64,000 bases of DNA, from assembly GCF_009914755.1 (NCBI RefSeq), contig NC_060937.1. One strand, 5' to 3'. The stretch comes from the human T2T-CHM13v2.0 reference genome, Homo sapiens. Both the position numbers and the translations under genes were made by a program. Position 1 is the first letter of the stretch, and each line of letters begins with the position of its first letter. Positions 15,161 to 29,400 of this stretch are shown here, in pieces. The notes below the pieces were generated by a model. That model had not been told where the DNA came from and ran no database searches. It saw nothing but the letters and a program-made list of their open reading frames with translations.

Positions 15161-15312
15161 AAACATTTGAGTATATTTTGAAAAGAAGCTCTTCTGTAAG
15201 TGTAGATGTTTGGTTTAAGTGTAGATGTTTAGATGTAAGTGTTTGATGTCAGTGTAGATTTTTTTTAAACATTTGAGTACATTTTGAAAAGAAGCTCCCC
15301 TGTAAGTGTAGA
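15161..15312. repeat. 46-bp direct repeats flanking a degenerate (aagtgtagatgttt)-like array
   Basis: Copies at 15161-15206 and 15267-15312 differ at 3 positions. Confidence 0.9.
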
Positions 15313-17699
15313 ATTCTATTTTTGTTTCAACAAAATATTTTAAGTCTGTAAAAAAAGCCCAGATTGCTTTATTTCAGCTCTTTTTCATTACTAGATATAA
15401 CTTTAAAAAAGCTCTCTGATCAGTTTTCTTAAGCACCTTGCTTTTTGTAATCAATCATATGAATATAATATTAACGTCACATAAAATATACAACATAGCT
15501 TTCAACAAAAATTCTCCGTACTATAAAATATAGTCTCATTATCATTCTTAACTTGAAAATATATTTTAATAAAGTCCAGTTAGTCTCTCATCTTGGAAGG
15601 GGCTCAGGTATTTTAATTATATTTATATGTGTTCTCAATATCAACTTTACTTTTTAATCCAATAAACTACATAGATGATCTCGTATTACATTTAGATCTA
15701 TCGACTTGGTAAAATCAATGTTTATTGTTCATACTAACTATGACAACTTGTAACGATCAAATAACACAGAGAAGAACAGTGCTCATAAATTTTGTTTTCA
15801 ACATCTACTTTTTCAGCTAAAGTTGATATTCTATACTCAATACATTGATTTCAGTTCACAATAAAGCCTACAGAATGTCACGTGAGGATATAGAATAAGG
15901 CAAGAAATCATGTTGTGTGTTGTATTTAACTTCATGTCAAACATCAAACAAGCTCTGAATAAGAAAATCCCCAGAAATAAAATTTCATAAATGTCTATCT
16001 TTACCCCACTGTGCCATAAAAATCTTTTTAAAGGAAAAGAAATCATAAATCAATGAAAGGACATGAAGCGAATAAGGCATTTTATAATTTAATAAGTGCA
16101 ACCAGTCATGAGCTTCATTGGCTACTGAAAAACTACATTCAAATAATTGCATTCAAAATAAAATGAACTGTCAAATATATTTTGTAATTATGTAATGTTA
16201 ATTTTGGAATTATGTTGGTATAAGAATATATACTATGAGTTACTTCATATGTATGCTGCATTCTAGATAGTTCTTAATTTATTAGTTTATGAAGTAAAAA
16301 TGGGTTAAAGATTATTGTGTTCTCTGATTATTTTTGATATGTGTTAACCATAAATGCTGCTTCTATCAATTCAAATAAATCAAATATGATTATTTTGGTT
16401 TATTACATTTTATAAGTGACATACTTCACTAAAACAGATTTCTGCATTAAACCAAATGAAAAAAATTTAAGATGTATGTACTTGAAATAAGTTTCTCTTA
16501 ATTGCTTAAATTTAAGAAATATTTTTTCTGATATGTTCTTAATGCTTCTCCATCAAATTTGTTATTTTGGGGAGTATAATCTGTACCTTAAATATTTAAT
16601 TGACTTAGACTATAACATTTATGTTTTATAGGATGATGAAAAATTATCGCAATGCCTATAATCAATAATTATATTATATTTATGTATGATCACATCATGC
16701 TTTTTACTGAAGTCAATAATTATTTTCTAGGAGATAATGTTCTGACAAAAACAGACTTCACTGAGAAACACAATCCACTTCTAAACTTACAAGAATTTCT
16801 ATTCAGCAGGATTGTTTACTGATATTAGCTACCTTAAATAAATCATCAATCTCAACAAGGTCAAATAAATATATGCATTCATACTCAAAAAAATACTGAA
16901 CTTATATTGTATTGCGTTTTCTGATTACTTTGGTTTCATACATATACATGTTAATAAACATATTGTAGTATTTATTGACATTAATTTTTACCAATTACAT
17001 TCCGGACAAATAAGAATATTTCCTTTTATATCAGGTCACTTTGTTGTTAGACATATAGAAAATAAACTGAAATATTACTTCAGATATAAACAAAATGCAG
17101 TTATGCCTATAACAGTTTATAATTAATTAGTCTGATTTTAGACTTGACAAATCACTATTTATTTAACAAAGATGTAACCTCTCTGAGCAAACAGCACTTC
17201 CTCAAATTTTGTTATACATTCTATTTTCATACCACCTGCTACAAGAGGACTAGATAATATATTTTAATTTATTGATGGGATGATTGATAGGATGTATTTA
17301 GAGTGTTCAAGGTCATATTTTTGCCTGCCAGTGGAAATAATGCCTATGTGCTTTGTGTCACTTTGCTTTATGTATCAGAATATCACTGCCTAGATTCATA
17401 TTGATAATGCTATTTTTCTTAACCTCATTTGTCTGGCATAATGTATAAGCATTCACTATACATTTCTATAATATTTATTGTCATTTATGTCAGAGGCTCA
17501 AGGAGGTGATTTAGGATTTCCCATTTATTTGCACATTTTTGAAATTAGAAAAGGAGCTAAAGTTTTAAGAGAATTATGGAATAAATTACTGGAATTTAAC
17601 TTGGGATTATAGAAATCCATTTTCACCAGGGGGAGTAGCATTGTGTTACTTCTTCCCTCCCTCCCCCGTGTTTTTCGTTCTCTCCTTGCATTTTGTTTT

Positions 17700-18177
17700 A
17701 ATTTTTATGTTTTAAGCAATAATTACTAGAAACTTACTGGTTTATAACAATTTTATTTTATTTTTCTACAGTTCAATAAATTCGAAGTTCAGAACAGGTC
17801 TCATCAGGCTAACATCAAGGTGTTGGCAGGTCTTCATTACTTTCCAGGAGACTCTTTGGAAAATCTGTTTCCTAAGCTCTCTGAGTTTCTAGAACTGCAC
17901 ACATTTCTTGGTGGTGGCTCCTTTCCTCCGTCTTCAGAGTCAGCAGCATTTTATCTCTTTGAGTATTCTTCTGTAGTTGCATATCCTCCTGACCCTGAAC
18001 TCAGCAAGTAAAGTTTCTATTTTTCTAAGAACTCAATGATTAGATTGGGCAGGCCTAGATAATTTAGGGTAACATCTTAACATCTGTAAAATATCTTTTG
18101 TCATGTAAATTTACATTTTCCAGATTCCAAAACCTAGTATGTAGACATTTGAGGAAGCCATTATTCAACCTGCCACA
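17700..18177 (-). mobile_element. MaLR solo LTR (MLT1C-like)
   Basis: atcaaggtgttggcagg, gattagattgggc and terminal gccattattcaacctgccaca match reverse-complement MLT1B/C. Confidence 0.75.
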
Positions 18178-18580
18178 CATTTAAGTATCTTTTTTTGTGG
18201 GTATGTAGGACCTAAATGGTACTCAGCAAACATGAACTGCTAAGCATAATAATACATTAAACATAGTGTTTTATATCAATTTTAATAATCTGATTAACCA
18301 ATTATAATGTCATCAAAATGTAATTTTTCCCTTTTTTGTACTTATTATGCTCTGTAAAGTAATATTCTTTACATTGGTCCTTTGGCTGTAAATTTTATAA
18401 ATTTTAAGTTTGCATACTAGATTATTTAATATGTTTCATGCTATCACAAAGCTTTTAGAAACAACTAGGTTTTTGAGCAATATTTCATAGTGAACATAAA
18501 GGAAATACTTACAATGTTTATTAGTACAGCTACAATAATAAAAATACAGCTTATAAGAATGTTCTATAGGGATTCAGACC

Positions 18581-18996
18581 TGCTATAGTTTAGATATTTG
18601 ACCCTCCAAGTCTCATGTTGAAATTTAATTCTCAATGTTGGAGGCAGGTCTTAAGACCTGCCTATTAATAGGAGGTGTTTGTGTCACGTGGGCAGATCTT
18701 TCATGAATGGCTTGGTGCTGTCCTTATAGTAATGAGTGGCGTCTGCCTGTACTAGTTCCAGCAAGAGCTAATTGTTAAAAGGAGCCTGACACTTCCCTGC
18801 TCTCTTGCTTTTGCTGGTTTCCTTCCATTTTCTGCCATGAGTGGAAGAAGCATGAAGCCCACACCACAAGCCAAGTTAGATGCCAGCACCATGCTTCTTG
18901 AATAACTTACAGAATTGTGAGGCAAATAAACCACTTTTCTCCATAAATTACTCAGCTTCAGGTATTTCTTTATAGCAACACAAACAGACTAATACA
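18581..18996 (+). mobile_element. MaLR solo LTR (MSTB-like)
   Basis: Starts tgctatagtttagatatttgacc...tctcatgttgaaattt; ends ataaattactcagcttcaggtatttctttatagcaaca...gactaataca (TG...CA termini). Confidence 0.88.
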
Positions 18997-19555
18997 ATAA
19001 AATGCATGTGAAGCATAATTTTAAAATTTAAAATTTTAAAATTAAATGGGAAATTTAATATTTTTAATAAATAATTACAAGCAACATTGATTTTTAAAAG
19101 GTACAAAAAGTATAAATAAGGGAAGAGGGGTATTTTGATAAAAAAATAAAATATTTGAACTAAAGATGCCTCATTTAAAATTAAAATAAATAAAGACCAA
19201 TATCAGGACAAAAACAATATTTGTAATACTATAACAAACTTCATCTTTAAATCCATAATATGACAGTAATTCAAAAAATATTTTTAAATGCCATATAAAC
19301 TAAGAGAAAACTGAGCAAAGAAAATGACTGGCATTACACAGAAAGAGAAATTCAAATGACCAGTTAATTTATGAAGGAATATTGAATCTTGCTAAATATG
19401 TAGTTAAATAAAATTAAAATATTAGTTTCACATCAGACCGGCAATTTTTTTAGGTAGACAATAACAAGTGTGGAGGAGGATTTGAGATTTCAGAGAAATT
19501 CTTGGTGTGAATATAGATAAATACAATGGTTTTGGAGAGCAATCTGACATATATA

Positions 19556-19854
19556 CAGTTGTCTCTTGGTATCTGCAGAGGATTATTTTCAGGACCCTCT
19601 AGATACCAAAATGTTGATAGATGTTCAAGTTCCTTACATAAAATCACTTAGTGTTTGCATATAATATACACACATCCTCACATAAATGGTAAATCTCAAT
19701 TACTTATAATACCAAATAAAATGTAAATGCTATGTAAATAATTGTTATAGTCTTTAAATTTGTATTTTTTTTTTATTGTTTTCTTCTTAATATTTTCGAT
19801 TTGTGTTTGGTTGAATCCACAAATGTGGAACCCATAGGTATGGAGGTCAGACTA
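19556..19854 (+). mobile_element. MER2 non-autonomous TcMar-Tigger DNA transposon
   Basis: TA-flanked; cagttgtctcttggtatc...caggaccc...gataccaaaat...aaatgctatgtaaata; degenerate TIR at the right end. Confidence 0.85.
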
Positions 19855-20045
19855 TATGTTTTCAATTAGGAATATAATAGTTTTGTTTTCTTTTCTGCCT
19901 ATTCTGTGCATCTTCACATAAAAGTTTTTCTGTATGATATTTTTACTTCACCAACTCGTAAATTCTTTTCTGTGAACTCATCTTTGCAGCTGAGTTGCAT
20001 TTTAAAACATGTCTGATTCTTTGCTTTGGGGTAGAAGAGGATATT

Positions 20046-20710
20046 GTCAGGACTTGAGAATCCAGCTTTATTCCAATGAGGCTGGAATTTGAGTGAACTG
20101 TCCCCACAGGCTTCAGTCTTCACAAGGGTATTTTGTACCTTTCTCTGCCCTCTTGGAGCAAGCATTATCCCGTCTTTACATCCCCGAAAATGCCCTGGCC
20201 TAGACATAAGCCTTACAGTCACAGCCCTTCAGATCTTAGGTGGAAGCAGAATGAATGGTAATTAGCAGCTGAACTATTTCCATGTGGGAAACCTAACTTA
20301 ATCATCAGTTGTCTCCAGGTGCAGTGTTGCTGTAAACTTCCCTTAAATGACTGTCTGTAATAAGAAGTCAGATTCCATTTTTTTTTTTTTTTTTTTTTTT
20401 TGCTGTAAAAAACTACAGCCATTAAGCCCACTCCTGCCTCTTCCCTGCAGCCCTGCATCTGGGCAGGCTGATAAGAATGTTGGGTGCTCCTTGCCCTGCT
20501 GCCAGTAGGAGATTTAAACCACACAAGCGCATGCCTATATGGGGAAAATATCACCTCTGCTCTGTCCTTAGTCATAAAAAGAACCCTGAGCCTGTCTTCT
20601 GTTCTTGCTCTCTCATGCAGTGTGAACTTGCTTGAGAAGGCTGGCCTCCTTGCCCTAGAGGCCTTAAGTGTATAAGTAATAAATATTTCCATACACTCTT
20701 GATGAATTAA
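20046..20710 (+). mobile_element. Old ERVL-class LTR (MER54/MER73/MER74-like group) with an internal poly-T expansion
   Basis: catctgggcaggctgataaga...gggtgctcc...tttaaaccacacaagc motif, TATA-like cataaaaa (~20573), poly(A) signal aataaa (~20678); homologous to 1047-1170. Boundaries uncertain. Confidence 0.55.
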
Positions 20711-21073
20711 AAATTCAAGAAACAAATGACAAAATTGACTTATTTGAAAATAGGTTTGGTGGAGGAAGTGGTGGAAATTATATACAGGACAAGTTAGTCA
20801 CTAATGACTTAAAAAGATATATACTTTGTTTTATAGTAAGTGAAACATATGACATTAGCTACTTAGACATCATAAATTCTTGCTGTCTTAAATAAAATTC
20901 TTTCAAAATAAATGCTTTTGAAATTAATTTGTTCTAAATTCAACTTTAAACCCTACAGGAAATTGTTTTCTAATTTGCTCTCCTTAAATAGAAAATTATA
21001 AATTTGAGTATAACTCTAACTCCTGCATAGTTCATTTGGATTAATTTTGTATAGTAGTATTACAGTGTAGATA

Positions 21074-23793
21074 CAGAAAAATCTTGTTTTATTGCACTTT
21101 GCTTTATTGTGCTTTGCAGGTATTTTGTTTATTAAAAATTTAAGGTTTTGGCAATTCAGAGTCCAGCAAATATATAGGTGCCATTTTTCTCACAATATGT
21201 GATCACTTTGTGTTTCTGTGTCACATTTTGGTAATTATCACAATATTTCAAACTTTTTATTATTGCTTTATCTGTTATGGTGATCACTGATGTTACCATT
21301 GTAATTTTTAGGTGCCATAAATTCTGCCCATATAAGACAATTAATAAATGTGGTGTGTTCTGGGTGCTCTATTGACAAGCCGTTCCCCTATGTCTCTTCC
21401 CTCCTCTCAGATTTCCCTATTCACTAAGACACAACAATATTGAAATGAAGCCAATAAATGATTCTACAATGGCCTCTAAGTGTTGAAGTGAAAGAAAGAA
21501 TTGCATATTATATTATTCCATTTTAATACTTCTATAAAGAAATACCAGAGACTGGGTAGTTTATAAAGGAAAGAGGTTTAATGGACTCACAGTTCCACAT
21601 GGGTAGGGAGGCCTGACAATCATGGTGGAAGGCAAAGGAGGAGCAAAGTCACTTCTTACATGTCAGCAGGCAAGACAGCGTGTGCAGGAGCACTGCCTTT
21701 TATAAAACCATCAGATCTCATGAGACTTATTCACTATCATGGGAACAGTGCAGAAAAAACCCTATCCTGTGATTCAATTACCTCCCACTAGGTCCTTCCT
21801 ATGACACGTGGAGATTAGGGAAGCTACAATTTAAGCGGAGATTTGGGTGGGGACACAGCCAAACCATAGCACATGCCTATCTGTTTAAATCAAAAGCTAG
21901 ACATGACTAAGCTTAGTGAGGAAGGCATGTCTAAATCCAAAATAGGCTAAAAGTTAGGCTACTTCCACCAGTTAGCAAAGTTGTAAATGCAAAGCAAAAG
22001 TTCTTGAAGTAAATTAAAAGTTCTACTCTAGTGAACACACAAATGATAAGATAGTAAAACATTCTTATTACTTACTTATATGACAAAAAGCTTTAGTGAT
22101 GTGAATAGAAGATAAAGCCAGCCACAGCATTACCTTAAGTCAAAGCCTAATTCAGAACAAGGCCCCAACTCTCTTTTCCATAAAGGCTGAAAGAGGTGAG
22201 GAGGCTGCAGAAGAAAAGTTTGAAGCTAGCAGTTTGGTTCATGAGGTTTAGGGAAAGAAGTCGTCTTCAAAACATAAAAGTGCAAGGTGAAATAAGTTAT
22301 ATATTAACAGAAGATCTAGCTTAAATGATTGATGAAGATGCAGACAGTAAACAACAGTTTTTTAAGGTAGACAAAAGAGCCTTATATTGAAAGAAGATGT
22401 CATCTAGGACTTTTATAGCTAGAGAGCAGAAGTTAATGGCTGGCTTCAAATCTTGAAAGGACAGGCTGATTCTCTTGGTAGGTGCTAATGAAGCTGGGAA
22501 TTTTAAGTTGAAGTCAATGCTCATTTACTATTTAAAAAATTCTAGGACCCTTAAGAATCATGCCAAATCTACTCTGCCTGTGCTCTGTAAAAGAAAAACA
22601 AATGTTGAATATCAGCAAATCAATTTACATCATGGTTTATGGCATATTTTAAGCTCACTATTGAGACCTACTAATTAAGATAAAAGATTCCTTTTGAAGT
22701 ATTGCTGCTCTTTTACAATACTCCTGATGGAGATGTATAGGAGATTAATGTTATTTTTGTGTCTGCTAACACAGTATCTATTCTATAACCCATGGACCAA
22801 GGAGTAATTTTGAATTTCAACACTCATATTTTAAGAAATAATTCTCATAAGGCTATAATTGCCATATGTAATGATTCTTTTGATGGATCTGAGCGAAATA
22901 AATTGAAAAGTCTTTTGTAAAAGATTCACTAATTTGGATGCCGCTAAGAACATTCATGATTTATGGGAGGAGGTCACAATACCAACATAAACAGGAATTT
23001 GGAAGAGAAAGTCCTCATGAATGACATTGAGGGATTCAAGACTTCAGTGGAGGAAGTAACTGCAGATGAGGTAGAAATAGCAAGAGAACTAGAATTAGAA
23101 GTGGAGCCTGAAGATGTAACTGATTGCTGAAATCTCATGACAAAACTTTAACAAACGAGGAGTTGCTTTTTATGGATGAAGAAAGTAAGTAGTTTTTTGA
23201 AATGAAATCTATTCCTGGTGATGATGCTGTGAATATTGTTGAAATGCCAACAAAAGATTTAGAAAAGTTATATAAGCTTAGTTGATAAAGCAGCAGCAGG
23301 GTTTGAGAGGATTGACTCCAATTTTGAAAGAAGTTGCACTGTGGGTAGAATGCTATCAAACAGCATTGCAAGCTACAAAGACATCTTTTGTGAAAGGAAG
23401 AATCAATTCTTGCAGCAAACTTCGTTGTTGTATTATTTTAAGAAATTGCCACAGCCACCCAAACCTTTAGCAATCACCACCACACTTGATCAGTACACAG
23501 TCATCAACATTGACGCAAGACCCTCCACCAGCCAAAAGAATATGACTTGCTGAAGTCTCAGATGATCTGTAGTAATTTTTTTAGCAATTAAGTACTTTTC
23601 TAAAAGGTATATATATATATATATATTTGTTTAAATATAATGCTATTGTATAGTTAATAGACTACAGTATAGGGTAAACATAAATTTTGCATGCACTGGG
23701 AATCCAAGAAATTCATGTGACTCACTTTATTACAACATTCACTTGATTGCAGTGGTCTGGAACCTAATATACAATATTTTCATGGTATTTCTG
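21074..23793 (+). mobile_element. Full-length Tigger1 DNA transposon with a decayed pogo-family transposase
   Basis: TA|cag...ttttattgcactttgctttattg start and gcagtggtctggaacc...ctg|TA end. Transposase fragments in ORFs 22475-22678 (GANEAGNFKLKSMLIY...KSTLPVL) and 23341-23553 (MLSNSIASY...YFKKLPQPP). Confidence 0.93.
21509..21871 (-). mobile_element. THE1 (C/D-like) MaLR solo LTR nested in Tigger1
   Basis: gagactgggtagtttataaaggaaagaggtttaatggactcacagttccacatg...gagatttgggtggggacacagccaaaccatagca; degenerate 5-bp TSD catat/catgc. Confidence 0.93.
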
Positions 23794-24588
23794 TATTTAA
23801 TTTTGCAAAACAGAAAAACATACATATGTCTTATAAATTATCATATATCATGCATATATTTAGTTTAAACTATATATGCAATAGTTTATTACTTTGAATT
23901 CATATTTTAATATTCTAATATGTATATTTCACTTACGTCTGTTTCAAAGGAAATAATTTAGTTTTATAATAATTATCATTTTTCATATTGAAAAACTAGA
24001 AACATAGATCTAACCTCCAGTGTCGATTCTGCAAACCATTTTGTTTCTGAGGGCAGCCAAGAGTAAAGGAACCAAAAAGAAACCTGATCATTTAACTCCC
24101 ATGTTTTCTTCTTCCGGCCTATTTAACTTTCCATTAGCTCACTCAACCTCCTCAAAAGTTATCAGTAAGTTAACTGGAAATAAGAACTTCTTACTGTTGA
24201 ATTTAGCTTACATGTTCTTGTTTGAGTACTTTAAATCTTTGTAGAGAAATATGAACTAAAACTGACTATTTGGTGATTCTCCTGGTATTTGGATAAAGAG
24301 AACTGACTTAAATTCAACAGGTCAAAACAAATAGCTTAGCGGCTTATCTTCATGTGCGGTTATGAGAATTAAATAATCTTATTAAAGAATAAATAATATA
24401 TAATCATGAACCAAAATTAATAACTTTATAGTCATTTTGCTTAAAAATTACAAATATTAATTGCTGAATTTTTAAATTAACAAATAAGTTAATATTTGGA
24501 CTACTTTTTAAAATATTTCAAAATAGGATTTTAGCCATGTATTGCAAAAAAATGGAAAAATTCCAAGTTAGAGGGTAACTGAAGTATC

Positions 24589-25000
<412 letters not shown>

Positions 25001-25002
25001 TA

Positions 25003-25407
25003 AATTTTAATTTTAGATTCAGGGTGTACTTGTGCAAATTTGTTACAAGGGTATATTGTGTGATGCTGAGGTTTGGACTTTTGTTGATCCCAGCACTCAG
25101 ATTGTGAACATAGTAAAACTACCCAATAGGAAGTTTTTCAGCCCTAGCCCCACTCTCTTCCTCTTACTGGAGACTTGGGCATCTACTGTTCCCCTCTTTA
25201 CATGTACCCAAGGCTTAACTTCCACTGATACCAAAATCTGGCAAAGACACAACAAAAAAAGGAAACAACAGGCCAATATCCCTAATAAACATAGAAGCAA
25301 AAATCCTCAAGAAAATATTAGCAAAAGAAATCCAGCTGCACATCAAAAAGTTAATTCACCAAGATCATGTAGGCTTTATTCCTTGGATGCAAGTTTGTTT
25401 CAATGTA
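25003..25407 (-). mobile_element. L1PA15/16-like element: minus-strand 3' UTR (25003-25226) joined to a plus-strand ORF2 RT fragment (25225-25407)
   Basis: ttagattcaggg...tgtgatgctgaggtttgg...cccaataggaagtttttcagccc 3' UTR. The next segment translates [60 protein letters not shown]. Confidence 0.85.
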
Positions 25408-25829
25408 AAATTTCATTTAAAGACAGCTTCCTAACCATCCAAAAACTAAAATTGCCATGTTGCTTAAAATTTTTATATATTTATGTTGATGATATTTGTC
25501 TATATATTTTCCAGAATTAAATCAGATCACTCAATTTTTTTTACTTTTGATTTAGATTTTTAAAAACTTAATTTTTGTTTATATCCAAGAGTCTTAAAGC
25601 AATGAAAATTTGTTGAGGGCACAAGGAAGGGAAAAAGGAAAGAGATGTATTTTGGGGTTAATGTCAATTTAGAGATAATGGGCTTTTGACATCCGGATGT
25701 ATCAATGAGAGCACATGGCCTCAAGAATGGGATACAGAGGCCACCAAAGATGAAATGTGTGAGGCATACTTAAAGTTAGAAGATAAGGTCTTAAAAAAGG
25801 AAAGTATCCTATTCAAAACTTCCCTAATC

Positions 25830-26128
<299 letters not shown>

Positions 26129-27599
26129 CTAATCAACCAAGTCCTCATCTCTCATTTTCTCTTACTAAATAGAGCTTTTATTTTATTTTAATATTATTTT
26201 TATCTTTGCAACGCTGGATCTCAGAAGGGGTGTGATGTGAGGGTAAAACAAGTTAAAATAAATTAGAGCAACCCTGATAATAAAGGTAAATTCTGGTCCT
26301 GTTAATGAAAATAATAATGAGTTTATGCTAGACCTACACGTATTTCAGAGTAATAGACTTTTACTCTGAACATGTTCATTTTACAATAGAAAAATGAACA
26401 TGTTTTCCAGCTATTTTATTCTGACTAAGAAGAAATAAATAATGTGGAAAAGCTTCTACTGTTGAGAGTTTACAATTAAAACTGTATCTGGCCTTAGTAG
26501 AAAATCATCCTACTTAAGGGTGTTAAATATATGTTTGTGGTAAGTAACTAATTAAAGATTTGGTGTCTTGGAGAGAGTAGGTTGAATAACATCATGCCCA
26601 AAAGAATTCAATTAATGAAGTACCAACCTCTAAACCCCAGAACAGCTTTAGGCTATCTATCACAAAAATTCATTTGCTGTTGGAATCACTGAGTCTCCAA
26701 TGAACTCGACATCAGGGAACTAAACGGTAGTCTGTTTCAGAAGGCTGGTAAATACATCATGGCATTTCTTTTTTTTTCTGTAATAAGTTATATCTATAGT
26801 TTCTAATAAAATATGCAACATATCTACATGTATACATAAATAATTTAATTTTCCTAGGGCAATTATTTTAAATACACTGATGAGAAGCTATTTATCATAT
26901 TTGACCATCATAGTTCCAAAAATAAGTTCCACAATTAGCTATGCTAACTGCAGATGTTTGGTATTTAAAAGAAAAAATAAACAAATTGAATAAAAAACAA
27001 AATGAATACCCATGAAATGTGAGTATAAGGGCTGAGGAAACAAAGAAAATAAGATATAGATGACAAATGACAATTCTGTTTCTTACCCAAATCCCTAGAA
27101 TTGACAGTGGGGTGTGGAGGAAAAATCAAAGGCAGGATCTTCAGGAGGAAAACAAAAAATATAAAGATCCTTAAAATATAGAAGATACAGGGTTTGTCAG
27201 AGGAGAAAACAACAGTCTGGGATATGTAGAGACACACTGCAGCAAAAGGGGCAAGTATTGAAGAGCTTCTCCAAAATAGGGGCAGGAAGAGAATCAGGAG
27301 GACCCCAGGCAGCCATTATTCAGTGCTGCGTCCGGAAAGCCGCAAAGGATCTACCTTTTCCCTCCGCTTTGCTTGCCCAGCAGCAGATAGAACTGTTGTC
27401 TTTTTAAAGTCAAAAACAATAACTACCATGGCTGCAAGATGGCAGCAGCAGAGCAGGACATTTGGTAGCTGTCAATGCTCAGAAGAAGGAGGAAATCTCC
27501 ATCACAGGAACTTCCAGATCACTGCCTGGTGTGCCTCACAAAACAGAAGGATATCTTGCCTTCAGAGTCACTGCTGGCAGGTTGTATCAACAGACTCTA

Positions 27600-29285
27600 C
27601 TGATAAAACAGAATGAACTTGAAATCTCAGAAATTATATACTCAATGTTGTAATAAAACAGAAACTCACATGTACTGACTTTGAAAGGGAGCAATTATAG
27701 ATTATATTTGGGAAAGAAATGATGGAGCTAAAATTTTCTCACAATGCAACAATAAGAAAATCCTGATAGGTAATATATAAAGAGAAATATGTTAAGAAAA
27801 TATAACATAGGATTATAACATAAGAAAAAATATGTAAAATATAACATAAGAAAAAATACATAAGATTTTCATAATTTTGTAATTAGGGTTAAAGGAGAAA
27901 ATAAATGAGATAAAAAGGAAACACAGGTATGTGTGTGTATGTGCGTGTGTGTGTGTGTCCAAAATAAGCAGCCTCACATTGGAAAGGCTCCAACAGGCTC
28001 TGCAGGATGAAGGAAAATAGCTCAGTGCAATCCCTGAACTCCAAAAATAAGAAAAAGAGCTATAAAAACCCATAGAGAGAAACAGAAGAACTGACACTGG
28101 AGACCCTCATAGCTAGACCAGCTGTAGAGACACAATGGAAGTTTGGAGGGAAATAATTTTGGTTGAAAATTCAGCAATCCAATTATTATATAAATGTGAG
28201 AGCAAGATAAAACATTTTTATGCTGAGACATTTAAAGATTCATAGAGCATACTACCCAAGAAGAAAAAATGAAATAATGTCTCTCATTTGTGTGTGTATA
28301 TGCATGATATACTGAGATGTTATATAATCAACTATGTAATGTGTCATCATATAATTATATAATATGTAATAATATTATGTAATCACAAATGATTATTGGA
28401 GTATGTAAAGCAGTAAATGGACATTTTCTCAGCAAAATACAATAGTAAAAATGTAATCATGAATAGGGAAAGCAATCAAAGATATGTTTAAATTTACACA
28501 AACATGAATTTTATGTATGTGTGTATATAAAATCTCCAAATAAAAGAATCCTACCTGATCTCACAGTTGAATGACATGGATGGAGAAAATGGGGTAAAGT
28601 AAAATATTTTTGCCTTTTTTGCATGCAGATAAAAAATATGTCTACATTTAAGAAAAACTGTTAAATGTGCATGGTAAGATTTGAGAGTACACTGTAAGAA
28701 TAAATGCGGCATATATGTTTAACGTTTGTGCTTACATGTGTTATACGGTGTTTAATTTCTAGAAAACAATAATGCATACTGTTTCATTTTCAAAATATTA
28801 GAAGAAAACAGAAAGTAAGAAGAAAATTCATTCCAACAACACAACAAAAAAAAGAAAAGTGAAAACATGAGGAACATGATTATTATAATGGAAATGGAAC
28901 AAATTTTCCCATTAAAATGCATTGACATTCTGTTTGAGTTAAAAATAATTGAGCTATCATGGTTTCATAACAAAACCATTAAAAAAAACAGACATATAGA
29001 AAATAATGGAATAGGAATGGTATATCATGAAAACATTAATAAAATAGAGTATTATTAATGAGATAAAATTAGAATTCATTGACAAAAACACATCAGCTTA
29101 AGTAAATAGGAATATTTCATATTGAAAAGTTTGGTACACTAGTTTTTTCTGGTCAATAGAAATAAATATTAGTTAAACGAACTCATGAATAAAATAGATG
29201 TCTTTCTAAAATATGATCAAAAAATCCTTACAAGGATATATAGCTATATTCACAGAAATGCACTCATATGAGTATTAGAAAGGAA

Positions 29286-29316
<31 letters not shown>

Positions 29317-29400
29317 TGTGATACTGCAATTTTAAAAACCTTATGAGAACATGGAAATTAGTATTAATAAACTGGTGAATCTATATAAAATGAGTAATTT
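27600..29400 (+). mobile_element. Very old L1M/HAL1-like ORF1 to ORF2-start remnants
   Basis: A-rich, ORF1-like stretches at 27960-28240 and endonuclease-like stretches near 29050-29250. Weak and by eye only. Confidence 0.35.

Noticed and set aside
16731-16822. Possible terminal exon after tattttctag (DNVLTKTDFTEKHNPLL...)
   Set aside because: Short frame, no recognisable homology and no partner exons; expected by chance in AT-rich DNA.
20219-20725. 168-aa minus-strand ORF, or a processed pseudogene ending at the poly-T (20378-20401)
   Set aside because: Antisense to an LTR-like element; no TSD, poly(A) signal or protein similarity, and the T-run corresponds to the shorter T-run at 323-329 in the homologous fragment.
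22475-23553. TIGD1-like domesticated transposase gene
   Set aside because: Many stops and frameshifts plus an LTR insertion; an ordinary decayed Tigger1.
25032-25520. 162-aa ORF
   Set aside because: Off-frame read across the L1 inversion junction; the RT similarity is in a different frame.
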